From positions 64,360 through 128,359 of the forward strand of contig CAMTUG010000003.1 in the NCBI GenBank assembly GCA_947084965.1: a DNA stretch of 64,000 nucleotides. Direction: 5' to 3'. Source of the DNA: an uncultured Parcubacteria group bacterium (lineage in GTDB: Bacteria; Patescibacteriota; Patescibacteriia; UBA9934; CAMTUG01). Shown here one piece after another: positions 28,339-37,798 of this stretch. The notes under the pieces were generated by a model. That model saw only the letters and a program-made list of their open reading frames with translations, did no database searches and was not told the origin of the DNA. The position numbers and the translations under genes are program-made. The stretch's first letter is position 1; each line of letters starts with the position of its first letter.

Positions 28339-28602
28339 ATGCTCGACCCGAAGAAGAAGCAGAAGCTCATTGAAGAGTTTCGCACCCATGCCAGCGATAC
28401 CGGGAGCCCGCAGGTCCAGATCGCCATTTTGACCGAAGAGGTCAAGGATCTGACTAAGCACTTGAAAGACCACAAGAAGGACTTTTCATCCCGCCGTGGT
28501 TTGATCAAGAAGGTCAGTGAACGCCGCCGCCTCCTCAAATATTTGGAGCGCGAAGACAAAAAGGCTTGGACCAAATTGAAGGAAGCCCTCAACCTGAAAT
28601 AA
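28339..28602 (+). CDS. rpsO: 30S ribosomal protein uS15.
   Basis: MLDPKKKQKLIEEFRTHASDTGSPQVQIAILT... Confidence 0.9.
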   Translation: MLDPKKKQKLIEEFRTHASDTGSPQVQIAILTEEVKDLTKHLKDHKKDFSSRRGLIKKVSERRRLLKYLEREDKKAWTKLKEALNLK

Positions 28603-28642
28603 TTTTCGAGGGGCACTGCGGTGCCCCTCATAACCGTTTTTT

Positions 28643-29290
28643 ATGATCCAGTATCCAGACCAACGCGTCGGCATTTTTATCGACGTCCAGAACTTGTACT
28701 ACAGTGCCCGTCATTTGTTCCAGCGCAAAGTGAACTTCGGAGCGATCGTCGAAGAATCGACGAGCGGCCGCAAACTGATCCGGGCCATTGCGTACGTGGT
28801 ACGCACCAAGACAGGTGAAGAAGCGCCGTTCATTGAAGCGCTGCAAAGCAAGGGGCTCGAAACGCGCGAACGCGAACTGCTTGAATACACGAGCGGCCAG
28901 AAAAAAGCGGATTGGGATGTGGGCATGACCGTGGACATTGTGAAGATGCTCGACATGCTCGATGTCATCATTATCGTCAGTGGCGACGGTGACTTTGTTC
29001 CGCTCGTGGAATATTGTCAGAGCCGTGGCCGCCAGGTCGAGGCTTGGTCGTTCCGCGAATCGTCGTCAGGAAAGTTAGTCGAAGCGGTCGATCGTTATCT
29101 CGATCTCTCGAGCAATCAGAAAAAGTTCCTGATCGGTGCACCGACGCGTACGACGACCCCAAAGAACGGAGTGAAACAACGGGTGGAAGATGATGTGGTC
29201 AGCGAGATCGGCGAATTCGAAGTCGCTGGACATGACGATGAACCAGAGGAAAAGATCGAAGAACGACGCGGCCGTAAAATGACATTTTAA
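28643..29290 (+). CDS. NYN/LabA-like nuclease-domain protein with an acidic C-terminal tail.
   Basis: VGIFIDVQNLYYS ... IIIVSGDGDFVPLV. Confidence 0.6.
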   Translation: MIQYPDQRVGIFIDVQNLYYSARHLFQRKVNFGAIVEESTSGRKLIRAIAYVVRTKTGEEAPFIEALQSKGLETRERELLEYTSGQKKADWDVGMTVDIVKMLDMLDVIIIVSGDGDFVPLVEYCQSRGRQVEAWSFRESSSGKLVEAVDRYLDLSSNQKKFLIGAPTRTTTPKNGVKQRVEDDVVSEIGEFEVAGHDDEPEEKIEERRGRKMTF

Positions 29291-29320
29291 TTGACCCGGG
29301 AAACTGGAAATACACGAAGT

Positions 29321-31498
29321 ATGCAAAAGGTACAGACGTTCACGCGCGAGTGGGGAGGAAAAGAATTAAAGATTGAAACAGGTCGTTACGCGTCTGCTGC
29401 CGGCGGAGCGTGTGTGGTGCAATACGGCGACACGGTCGTGCTTTGTACGGCAACGATGTCGCGCGAACCGCAGCGTGAAGGGATGGATTTTTTCCCCTTG
29501 ATGGTTGAATACGAAGAAAAGTTGTATGCCGCTGGTCGCATCAAAGGCTCCCGTTTTATTAAAAAAGAAGGCCGTCCGACTGATGAAGCGGTGCTAGTAG
29601 CTCGCTACATCGATCGCGCTATTCGTCCGCTTTTCAATCAGAAGATGCGCAACGATGTGCAGGTGATCACGACTGTTCTGGCCTTCGACGGCGAAAATGA
29701 CCCTGACATTTTGGCGTTGATCGGTGCGTCGTGTGCACTGACGATTTCGGATGTGCCATGGAACGGTCCGATCGCGGTTTGCCGCGCCGGCCAGATCGAT
29801 GGAGAGATGAAGTTGAATCCAACGTACGCTGATCGTTTGCTCTCGAAACTCGATCTGTCTGTTGCTGGTACAACCGATCGCGTGCTCATGGTCGAAGCGG
29901 GATGTGACGAAGTCACCGAAGAGGTGATGCTCGAAGCGTTTCCGTTCTGTCAGAAAAATTTGGCCGCCCCGATTGAATTGATTTTGGAAGTGCAGAAAGC
30001 GGTCGGAAAGAAAAAACTCGACGTGATGACACCGAAGAACGACGCAGAAAAAGCAAAAGCAGAAATGCAATCGCGCGTGCACGCCCTCGTTCGTCCGTTT
30101 GCCATGAAGCGCATCGAAGAATTGTTTTTCGCCGCGCCGCTCGCTACCAAAGTTGAACGCGCCCTCGCTAAGTCGCAGTTGAAAAACGAGATCAAAGCTG
30201 AATTGACTGCGCAAGGTTTAACGGAAGATGAAGTGAAGTTCGGTGGATCGCTCGCTTCTGACTTTGTGGAAGAAGCGGTCACGGAACAGATTTTGGAAAA
30301 GGGCCGCCGTGTCGACGGTCGTGGTCTTGATGAGATTCGCGAACTGTCGAGCGAAGTCGCGGTCTTGCCGCGCGTGCACGGTACGGGACATTTCAACCGC
30401 GGAGAAACGCAGGTGCTCTCCGTTGTCACGCTCGGTGCGCCAGGGGACGAACAGACGCTCGATGGGATGGAGATCACCGGCGCTCGCCGCTTCATGCATC
30501 ACTACAACTTCCCTCCGTATTCGGTCGGTGAAGTGAAGCCGATGCGCGGCCCAGGTCGTCGCGAAGTCGGACATGGTGCGTTGGCCGAAAAGGCGCTCGA
30601 TCCGATGATGCCGAAGAAGGAAGTGTTCCCCTACACCATTCGCGTGGTGTCCGAAGTCTTTTCGTCAAACGGCTCATCCTCGATGGGATCAACGTGTGCC
30701 GCATCTCTCGCTCTTATGGATGCAGGCGTGCCGATTAAAGCTCCGGTTGCTGGTATCGCCATGGGTCTTGCCTCCACTCCAGACATGAAAAACTGGAAAG
30801 TGCTGACCGACTTGCAGGACTTGGAAGACGGCGAAGGTGGAATGGACTTTAAAATCACGGGAACCCGCAACGGGATCACGGCTATTCAGCTCGACACCAA
30901 GACGATCGGGCTCTCGAGTGACATTGTGGTTGAAACGATCACCCGTTCGAAGAAAGCACGCATGCAGGTCCTCGACGTGATGGCCAAGGCGATCGCTGAA
31001 CCTCGCGCAGATCTGTCGCCGTACGCCCCACGCATTACCACTTTGAACATCAACCCAGCCAAAATCGGTGAAGTGATCGGCCCAGGCGGTAAGGTGATTA
31101 ATGAAATCATCGACACAACCGGTGTCACTTCGATCGATATCGACGATGACGGCTTGGTCTGTATCACATCGCTTAACGCCGAAGCGGCACTTAAGGCCCT
31201 TGAATGGGTCAAGACGATCGTCGCTGAACCAGAAGTCGGCAAGATTTACGATGGTAAAGTGACCCGTTTGATGGATTTCGGTGCGTTCGTCGAGATCATG
31301 CCGAAGAAGGAAGGGCTTGTGCACGTTTCAGAAATGGCCCCCTACCGCGTTGGGAAGCCGTCTGATATCGTCAAAGTAGGCGATCGCGTGAAGGTTAAAC
31401 TGTTTGAAATTGATGATCAGGGCCGTGTAAATCTCTCGATGAAGCAAGCGCCAGGTAACGTCTACCCAGATCAGCCAGGAGTAGCAAAGGCTAAATAA
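29321..31498 (+). CDS. pnp: Polynucleotide phosphorylase.
   Basis: It has two RNase PH domains plus KH and S1 domains. The start was moved to the ATG at 29321. Confidence 0.9.
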   Translation: MQKVQTFTREWGGKELKIETGRYASAAGGACVVQYGDTVVLCTATMSREPQREGMDFFPLMVEYEEKLYAAGRIKGSRFIKKEGRPTDEAVLVARYIDRAIRPLFNQKMRNDVQVITTVLAFDGENDPDILALIGASCALTISDVPWNGPIAVCRAGQIDGEMKLNPTYADRLLSKLDLSVAGTTDRVLMVEAGCDEVTEEVMLEAFPFCQKNLAAPIELILEVQKAVGKKKLDVMTPKNDAEKAKAEMQSRVHALVRPFAMKRIEELFFAAPLATKVERALAKSQLKNEIKAELTAQGLTEDEVKFGGSLASDFVEEAVTEQILEKGRRVDGRGLDEIRELSSEVAVLPRVHGTGHFNRGETQVLSVVTLGAPGDEQTLDGMEITGARRFMHHYNFPPYSVGEVKPMRGPGRREVGHGALAEKALDPMMPKKEVFPYTIRVVSEVFSSNGSSSMGSTCAASLALMDAGVPIKAPVAGIAMGLASTPDMKNWKVLTDLQDLEDGEGGMDFKITGTRNGITAIQLDTKTIGLSSDIVVETITRSKKARMQVLDVMAKAIAEPRADLSPYAPRITTLNINPAKIGEVIGPGGKVINEIIDTTGVTSIDIDDDGLVCITSLNAEAALKALEWVKTIVAEPEVGKIYDGKVTRLMDFGAFVEIMPKKEGLVHVSEMAPYRVGKPSDIVKVGDRVKVKLFEIDDQGRVNLSMKQAPGNVYPDQPGVAKAK

Positions 31499-31508
31499 GA
31501 GCAATTCG

Positions 31509-32702
31509 ATGGAACGCCTGCACATTCCACTTCGATCCGGCCATTCAACAACCCGCCCCGTGAGGCGGGTTGTTTGGCAGTATCTTGTGTTTATGGTGCT
31601 GCTCAGCGCCTGTTTTTACGCAGCTGCGCGTTCGATGATTTCGGCGACGCACCTGACAAACGCCTTTCCGGGTGCGCAAACAGTCATTGATCTCGTCGGG
31701 CACCGTGGAATTGCAGAGGTCGCTCTGCACACTGGCGATCTCCCATTGCTTACCAAACGTCCACTCACCCTGAATGATTTAACCCCGTTCATCCGCGGGG
31801 AGGTCGCTCTAGCGATCTACCCGGATCATACACGCGCAGTAGCGTTCAAGGGGGGTGTCGACGAGATAACCAAAGCTAGGTGGAAGGAAATTGGGGTGTT
31901 TGTGCATGAAAAGGAAGGTTACAGCTTCATTTTTGGCGAATCTTCTGTAGAACTTGGGGAGATGGATCGCACATGGTCTTTGTTCGCCTTCCTGCCATCT
32001 TATGCCGGTCGGGTACTGGGAAACGGGGAGGATGGACCGATCTATTTGATGCAGGACGGAGTGGACTTGACACTCACTTTTGACGACACATACAGCAAAA
32101 AGCGCGAGGATCTTGCGTTAAATACGATTGCCTGGATCCCGTTCGGTGCACTTCAGATCCCCCAATCGCTTCAAACATTCTTTCCGTCGGAGGCGCTTCA
32201 GGGTACAGGCACGCTCCTCGTGGTAAAGGATGATACGGGCGTGGCGTTCCAAATCGACCTGGATCGCGCTCTTGACAGCACTATTTTGGCTGAGATTATT
32301 CAAAAGTCTGCTTTACGCGTCGTGCCGAGTACCGCTACGCTCACTTTGTTAGATGGAACACTGGTTGATGAGCTTCGTTCAAGCACAGATACGATTAAAA
32401 CGAGTATTGTTGAGGATGGAGATCAGGTCCGCTTGATCGCCGAAGTCGACGGGGAGGTACTTATTGCCGAGAAAACAGAAAATCACACCAAGATCCGGAA
32501 TCGCACAGCCGATCTGTATACCCTGAACGACGCTGAGCCGCTCGGTAACCTCTGCCAAAAGTCCTCTGGGGCGCTGATCGTCACCAGTAAACTCCTCGAG
32601 AGCGGGTTACTCACCTATACCGTTTACGATCCAACGTTTGAGCTTGTGCAATTTGCGAAGATCATCAATATTTCTGGTAAATCCACCAGGCTGTGTTGGT
32701 AA
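31509..32702 (+). CDS. Hypothetical membrane-anchored protein of 397 aa.
   Basis: ORF track. It has an N-terminal hydrophobic segment. Confidence 0.45.
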   Translation: MERLHIPLRSGHSTTRPVRRVVWQYLVFMVLLSACFYAAARSMISATHLTNAFPGAQTVIDLVGHRGIAEVALHTGDLPLLTKRPLTLNDLTPFIRGEVALAIYPDHTRAVAFKGGVDEITKARWKEIGVFVHEKEGYSFIFGESSVELGEMDRTWSLFAFLPSYAGRVLGNGEDGPIYLMQDGVDLTLTFDDTYSKKREDLALNTIAWIPFGALQIPQSLQTFFPSEALQGTGTLLVVKDDTGVAFQIDLDRALDSTILAEIIQKSALRVVPSTATLTLLDGTLVDELRSSTDTIKTSIVEDGDQVRLIAEVDGEVLIAEKTENHTKIRNRTADLYTLNDAEPLGNLCQKSSGALIVTSKLLESGLLTYTVYDPTFELVQFAKIINISGKSTRLCW

Positions 32703-32834
32703 GGTGTGTATAACAGACATGAATTGTGGATAACAATTTTTGTGTTCATCAAAAATTGCTTCAACGTGGTAGTTTGTAAAGACTCTGATGTGAATAAATC
32801 GTTTTTTTTACTAAGCTGAGCGACTATCTACGTG

Positions 32835-32863
32835 TTGACTTTTTGTGTTCAACGACGTATAAT
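32835..32863 (+). promoter_or_regulatory. Consensus sigma70 promoter TTGACT-17-TATAAT.
   Basis: Read directly from the sequence. Confidence 0.6.
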
Positions 32864-32869
32864 GGAGTT

Positions 32870-33300
32870 ATCGAGATTGCTCCTTCAAATACCCGTGGAC
32901 TCACGGGAAGGTTTCCGAAGTACCCCACAGGTCCAACCTGTTATGGGTTGGAATACTTCGGGGACTATCCCACTTTTCTACTCGTCCGTTCCCAAACACA
33001 CCGATCGGGCCCAGGAGAACGAACGAAACAAAAACCAATCAATATTGGGACTAGGTTAGCCTCAACAATGTTCCTGCGCCATTAGCGGGAACCCGAGGTA
33101 AAACCACTGACATGGTAGAAAAGGTAGTTCATTAGGCGATTCTGGTTGAGTCGTCGTTGTACATAATGGTGCCGAGACGTGTGGTTCAACACTGGACCCC
33201 ACATCCCGGTATCATTCACACCGACAATTCCCAAAATTGCCCACCCTCTCTACAAGGGCACACCCGATTCATTCTCGACAATGCGGGCCTCGTGCCCTTG
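32870..33300 (+). ncRNA. Candidate structured non-coding RNA of unknown identity, downstream of the consensus promoter.
   Basis: The stretch is ORF-free. It has nested helices, for example CCGAAGTA...TACTTCGG enclosing CCAACC-tgttatg-GGTTGG. Confidence 0.25.
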
Positions 33301-33307
33301 TTTCTAT

Positions 33308-33432
33308 TAAATCATAAAATACGGGCGATCTGCTCGTCCTTCGGCTTTGAAATCACTCGATGTAGGTCTGACTACACCTCGTGATTTCTGCGCCTCCAGG
33401 ACTTCGCATCTCATCCCGTATTTTATGATTTA
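33308..33432. repeat. Conserved ~89-nt element, copy A, enclosed by a perfect 18-bp inverted repeat.
   Basis: Arms TAAATCATAAAATACGGG / CCCGTATTTTATGATTTA. The core cgatctgctcg...ccaggacttcgcatctcatc is shared with copies B and C. Confidence 0.7.
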
Positions 33433-33483
33433 CTTACGCTATTGCGGATCCGTACTTTTCCTGTATACTTTGATAATTAGCTA

Positions 33484-33879
33484 GTGTTTGTTCAAATTGA
33501 GTTTATGGATGAAGGATTTGTGAGCGCCATGAAACTTGCCCTCCTGGACGAGAAGTCAAAACTTGAAGGGGAGCTTTCGAAGTTTGCCCACCGTAACCCA
33601 AAGGCGACGGACGAAGATTTTGATACAAATTTTCCGAATCTTGGGGATAAAGAGGACGAAAATGCCGCCGAGGTCGCTGCGTACAGCGACAATCTTTCGC
33701 TCGAGGGGGAGCTTGAAAAGCAACTTCGCGATGTGATAGGTGCTCTGAAGATGGTTGAAGATGGAGTGTATGGGATTTGCAAGTACTGCAAGCAGGAGAT
33801 TGGTCAGGCCCGATTGACCGCTCGTCCGACCTCCTCTTCCTGTATCGACTGTAAAAAGACGCTGACGCAGGAGGCGTAG
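33484..33879 (+). CDS. DksA/TraR-family C4 zinc-finger protein.
   Basis: CKYCKQEIGQARLTARPTSSSCIDCKK. Confidence 0.55.
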   Translation: MFVQIEFMDEGFVSAMKLALLDEKSKLEGELSKFAHRNPKATDEDFDTNFPNLGDKEDENAAEVAAYSDNLSLEGELEKQLRDVIGALKMVEDGVYGICKYCKQEIGQARLTARPTSSSCIDCKKTLTQEA

Positions 33880-33881
33880 TT

Positions 33882-34292
33882 ATGAAATGGGGGGCGATCG
33901 CCGTTTTGACGGTCGTGATCGATCAGATGTGTAAATGGATGGCTTTGCGCAATGCGTGGGCCATCCATAAAAATTTTGGGATCGCCTTTGATCTCCCTGT
34001 TCCGTCCTGGATTGTCACCCCCGTTATCGTTGCGGTCATCCTTGCGGCTGGATGGTACGCTTGGAACCAACGCAGACACGTTCGTGTAAGTGCCGCGCTC
34101 ATGTTCATTTCCTTGGGAGGGACAGGAAATCTCATTGATCGACTCGTGCACGGGTACATTATCGATTACATCATCATCGGAATCAGCGCGATCAACATCG
34201 CCGATCTGATGATCATCGCTGGAGTCGTCTCTCTGCTTTTGGCTCAACGTCATTCATCCACAACCTTGGTTGACAAAACTGAAATTTCTTGA
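33882..34292 (+). CDS. lspA: Lipoprotein signal peptidase II.
   Basis: Four transmembrane segments, plus the GNLIDR and NIAD motifs. Confidence 0.75.
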   Translation: MKWGAIAVLTVVIDQMCKWMALRNAWAIHKNFGIAFDLPVPSWIVTPVIVAVILAAGWYAWNQRRHVRVSAALMFISLGGTGNLIDRLVHGYIIDYIIIGISAINIADLMIIAGVVSLLLAQRHSSTTLVDKTEIS

Positions 34293-34355
34293 TAGATTGT
34301 CTGTATGAATCTGCTTAGTACCAATAGGTGCTGGGCGAATTTTATTTTAGGAGCT

Positions 34356-35861
34356 ATGGCGGCAACGATTTTTTCTGGGACCGTGCAGGGTCTTGACGGA
34401 CATGTCGTTACTGTTGAGGCGGCACACACATTCGGGCTTCGCAACTTTCTCGTCGTCGGCTTACCAGATGCGGCTGTGAAGGAGGCACGCGAACGCGTGC
34501 ATGCGGCGCTCAAGTTTGCTGGGTATGATCTTCCGCGTGGAAGAATCGCTGTAAATCTTGCTCCAGCAGATGTAAAAAAGCAGGGCACGGCGCACGATCT
34601 ACCAATTGCGCTGTCGATTCTTTCGGTGGTCGGGATTATTGAGGACGCATCGACACAGGGTGCGATGTTTGTCGGTGAATTGGCGCTGGACGGCGCGGTC
34701 AGGCCGGTTGGCTGTGTTCTTCTGATGACGCTCGCCGCGCGCGATGCTGGACTGCTGCGCGTTTTTGTTCCTAAAGACAACGTAGATGAGGCACTTCTGG
34801 TACGTGGGGTCGCCGTTTTTCCGGTTGAGAGTTTGGCACAGGTGATTCGACACTTGCGCCAGGAACAGACGATCAATCCGGCGGTCGCCCAGCCATTTGT
34901 CCATCAGAAACAGGACGATCCGCTGCATGATATGGCTTATGTGCGCGGGCAGGATCGGGTGAAACGGGCGCTCGAAATTGCTGCGGTCGGACGCCATAAC
35001 ATTTTGATGTACGGACCGCCAGGAACGGGAAAGACCCTTCTCGCCCGAACGTTGCCAACAATTCTTCCGGCCCTCAGTGAGGAGGAAGCGCTCGAAGTGA
35101 CTAAAGTTTATTCCGTGGCTGGAGCGCTGCCGCACGAAACAAGGCTCGTTGTTGAGCGGCCGTTTCGCTCGCCGCACCACACCACCTCCGGAATAGCCTT
35201 GGTCGGTGGCGGGAGCCATCCGCGGCCGGGTGAAGTTTCCTTGGCACATCACGGAGTGTTGTTTCTTGATGAGTTTCCAGAGTTTCAAACGTCTGCCCTC
35301 GAAAATTTGCGCCAGCCGCTTGAAGATGGTGCGGTAACGGTTTCTCGCGCGAGCAATTCTGTGCGTTATCCGGCAAAGTTCATGCTCGTCGCGGCGATGA
35401 ATCCTTGTCCTTGTGGATTTTCTGGAGATCCAAAAGCCCGGTGTATCTGTACGATGATTGCGCTTCAACGCTATCGTAAAAAAATTTCTGGACCGCTTCT
35501 CGATCGTATTGATCTAATGATCGAAGTCCCGAAGTTGCATTTTGATGAACTGACAGATGCGAAGGATGCTGAGTCATCGACTGTCATTCGGGCCCGTGTA
35601 CAAGCAGCCAGAGATCTCGCCGATGCCCGTGGGGCGTTGAACGCAAAAAATATTCAAGCAGTCTGTGCCTTAGATGCGGAAGGAAAATCTTTTTTGCGTG
35701 GGGCTGTAGAAAAGCTGGGGCTTTCGGCACGGGCCTATACTCGGATTTTAAAGGTTGCAAGAACGATCGCTGATCTCGCGCAGGCTGAGCAGATCACTGT
35801 GCATCATCTCGCCGAGGCGATGCAGTATCGTCCGCGGTTTGAGTTTTTAACGAAAACGTAG
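34356..35861 (+). CDS. comM: YifB/ComM-family Mg-chelatase-like AAA+ ATPase.
   Basis: It has a Lon-like N-terminus, a Walker A motif GPPGTGKT, and a C-terminal Mg-chelatase domain. The start was moved to the ATG at 34356, which has an AGGAG RBS. Confidence 0.8.
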   Translation: MAATIFSGTVQGLDGHVVTVEAAHTFGLRNFLVVGLPDAAVKEARERVHAALKFAGYDLPRGRIAVNLAPADVKKQGTAHDLPIALSILSVVGIIEDASTQGAMFVGELALDGAVRPVGCVLLMTLAARDAGLLRVFVPKDNVDEALLVRGVAVFPVESLAQVIRHLRQEQTINPAVAQPFVHQKQDDPLHDMAYVRGQDRVKRALEIAAVGRHNILMYGPPGTGKTLLARTLPTILPALSEEEALEVTKVYSVAGALPHETRLVVERPFRSPHHTTSGIALVGGGSHPRPGEVSLAHHGVLFLDEFPEFQTSALENLRQPLEDGAVTVSRASNSVRYPAKFMLVAAMNPCPCGFSGDPKARCICTMIALQRYRKKISGPLLDRIDLMIEVPKLHFDELTDAKDAESSTVIRARVQAARDLADARGALNAKNIQAVCALDAEGKSFLRGAVEKLGLSARAYTRILKVARTIADLAQAEQITVHHLAEAMQYRPRFEFLTKT

Positions 35862-35863
35862 CG

Positions 35864-37162
35864 CTACTTTTTGTAGCTGACGTAGTTGAGCGGATTGACC
35901 GCCTGACCGTTGACGCGCACTTCAAAGTGCAAGTGCGTCCCGGTTGATCGCCCGGTCGTCCCGCAAAGTCCGATCGGTTGACCTTGGGTGACAGAATCAC
36001 CTTTAGAAACGTACAGTTTGGCGTGGTGACCGTAAGCGGTGACCAGTCCGTTCCCGTGGTCGATCTGTACAAAGTAACCGTAACCGCCGCGATTCCAGCC
36101 AGAGAAGGTGACGATCCCATCGGCCGCTGCGTAGTTGTTATTGTTGTAGTTGCAATCAATGTCGAGACCGTAGTGACGGCCGTAAACGTAGTATTGTCCG
36201 TAATAGGTGTTGATTTTGGAGAGGTCGGTCGGCCAAATCATGTTTGCACTCCCCGCCAGTGGAGAAGGTGAAGCAGATGTCTGCTCTGGGGTGAACAAAT
36301 TACGCACAGAAGCGACGCTCCGCGATGGGGTCGGAGCCTGTTTTTCTCCCCCCGGAACGAGCAAAGACTCACCGATCGTTAGATCGTTGGCGTCGGCGAG
36401 GTTGTTGAAATCAACGATTTCAGCCGAAGTGACCCCGTAGGTACTGGCGATTCTTGAAAGGGTGTCCCCGCTTTTGACGGTGTGCGTAATGCCGTCAACA
36501 GGGAGGATCGTCAGCGTGTCGCCCGGACGGATAATGCTCCGCACGGAGAGATTGTTTGACCACAGAATCGTTGTGATCGACAGATCAAACTGTTCGGCGA
36601 TCGTTCCGATCGTATCCCCTTCGGCAACGACATATTCTTCAATCGTCGTACGTTTCGCGGACGACGGTTTGGTTGTTGTCGGGGAAGCTGTGAGTTCGTC
36701 AAACGCGAGGATCGATTCCAAATCCGGAGCGACGGTCGATTCCAAGGCGACGGACTCGCGATAAAAGACGGGCGGCAACAACGGTTCGTTAGAAGCAGCC
36801 ACTTCAATCACCACATCTGGTGAGTCAGCGCCAAGGATCGTCACGAGTACACTCCGTCCACCCAGGGCATCGGTCTGAATCTGCCCGGCACGGACGTTCG
36901 TAGAAACGGAGAAGATAGAAACGAGAATGATCGCTCCGTGGATGGCATAGCGATTGGTGAACAGAAAGAGCAGCTTATTTTTGGCCGGGAGATAGAGCCG
37001 GCGGATTCCGCGACGAGCGAGGAGGATTCCATGGAAGGTGGGGACTAAGATGAAGGTAAACAAAAACCGACCAACCGCCCGAAGGGGCGTGGTCAGAAAG
37101 GTCAGGAATCGTCCTAAAATCGGTTTCAATGTTGTCGCCCCGCGGTATGCGCCGATGATCAA
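35864..37162 (-). CDS. LysM-domain M23 metallopeptidase.
   Basis: N-terminal transmembrane segment, two LysM domains, and an M23 core (GLDID...HLHFEV). Confidence 0.75.
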   Translation of the reverse strand: MIIGAYRGATTLKPILGRFLTFLTTPLRAVGRFLFTFILVPTFHGILLARRGIRRLYLPAKNKLLFLFTNRYAIHGAIILVSIFSVSTNVRAGQIQTDALGGRSVLVTILGADSPDVVIEVAASNEPLLPPVFYRESVALESTVAPDLESILAFDELTASPTTTKPSSAKRTTIEEYVVAEGDTIGTIAEQFDLSITTILWSNNLSVRSIIRPGDTLTILPVDGITHTVKSGDTLSRIASTYGVTSAEIVDFNNLADANDLTIGESLLVPGGEKQAPTPSRSVASVRNLFTPEQTSASPSPLAGSANMIWPTDLSKINTYYGQYYVYGRHYGLDIDCNYNNNNYAAADGIVTFSGWNRGGYGYFVQIDHGNGLVTAYGHHAKLYVSKGDSVTQGQPIGLCGTTGRSTGTHLHFEVRVNGQAVNPLNYVSYKK

Positions 37163-37277
37163 TCCAAGCGCGAAGCGTTTGAGAGGATTCGGGATAGACG
37201 TTGCGGTTAAGCAACGGGGTTATGCTACCCGATTTGACGCTCGCGGTCAATCAACTTTTCTACTCTTTTCGCTTATA

Positions 37278-37781
37278 TTAGCGCATTTCATCGCGCATGA
37301 TCTTCGCGATCAACGGCTCGTCTTCCAGACGGACCTTGAAGGTTTGGTGGATCACGGCGTCGTAGGTAGTGTGGTGCGGGCGGACGACTTTTTCAAACGC
37401 TTGGCCTGCCGCTTCAAGCGAGTGGGCGAGTTCCTCCATCGTGCCTGATGTTGGATAGATTTCAATATGGTCAAATCCACTCGATTGGCTCCCATCAGGC
37501 TTTTGGTCTGAGAGTTCGAGAAACCAGATTTCTCCAAGTGGCGTTTCGATCGGTACGGCGAGCTTTACAAAAGCAATTGGTCGCCCGGCGATCATCGACT
37601 GATAGAAAAAGGGTGCCCACGGTTCAAGCAGGGCTCGCAGCGCCACGAACTCTTCCCGCGACCCACATTTGTAACAGAGGTGATCCGCTTTGGCGGTCGG
37701 CTGCATCCGTTCCGCCCAGGCATTAAATCCCGCCACATCTGCCGAGCATCTCGAGAAAAATTGTTCCACCGTTTCATACAT
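37278..37781 (-). CDS. Hypothetical protein of 167 aa.
   Basis: ORF track only. Confidence 0.4.
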   Translation of the reverse strand: MYETVEQFFSRCSADVAGFNAWAERMQPTAKADHLCYKCGSREEFVALRALLEPWAPFFYQSMIAGRPIAFVKLAVPIETPLGEIWFLELSDQKPDGSQSSGFDHIEIYPTSGTMEELAHSLEAAGQAFEKVVRPHHTTYDAVIHQTFKVRLEDEPLIAKIMRDEMR

Positions 37782-37798
37782 AGTGCAGCTATGATAGC

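Noticed and set aside
32870-33300. Assignment of this ORF-free transcript as RNase P RNA (rnpB).
   Set aside because: Only a loose resemblance to the P4/P5 region was seen. Conserved blocks (GGUAAGAGCGCACC, ACAGAAnCCGGCUUA) are not recognisable, so it is reported only as a candidate ncRNA.
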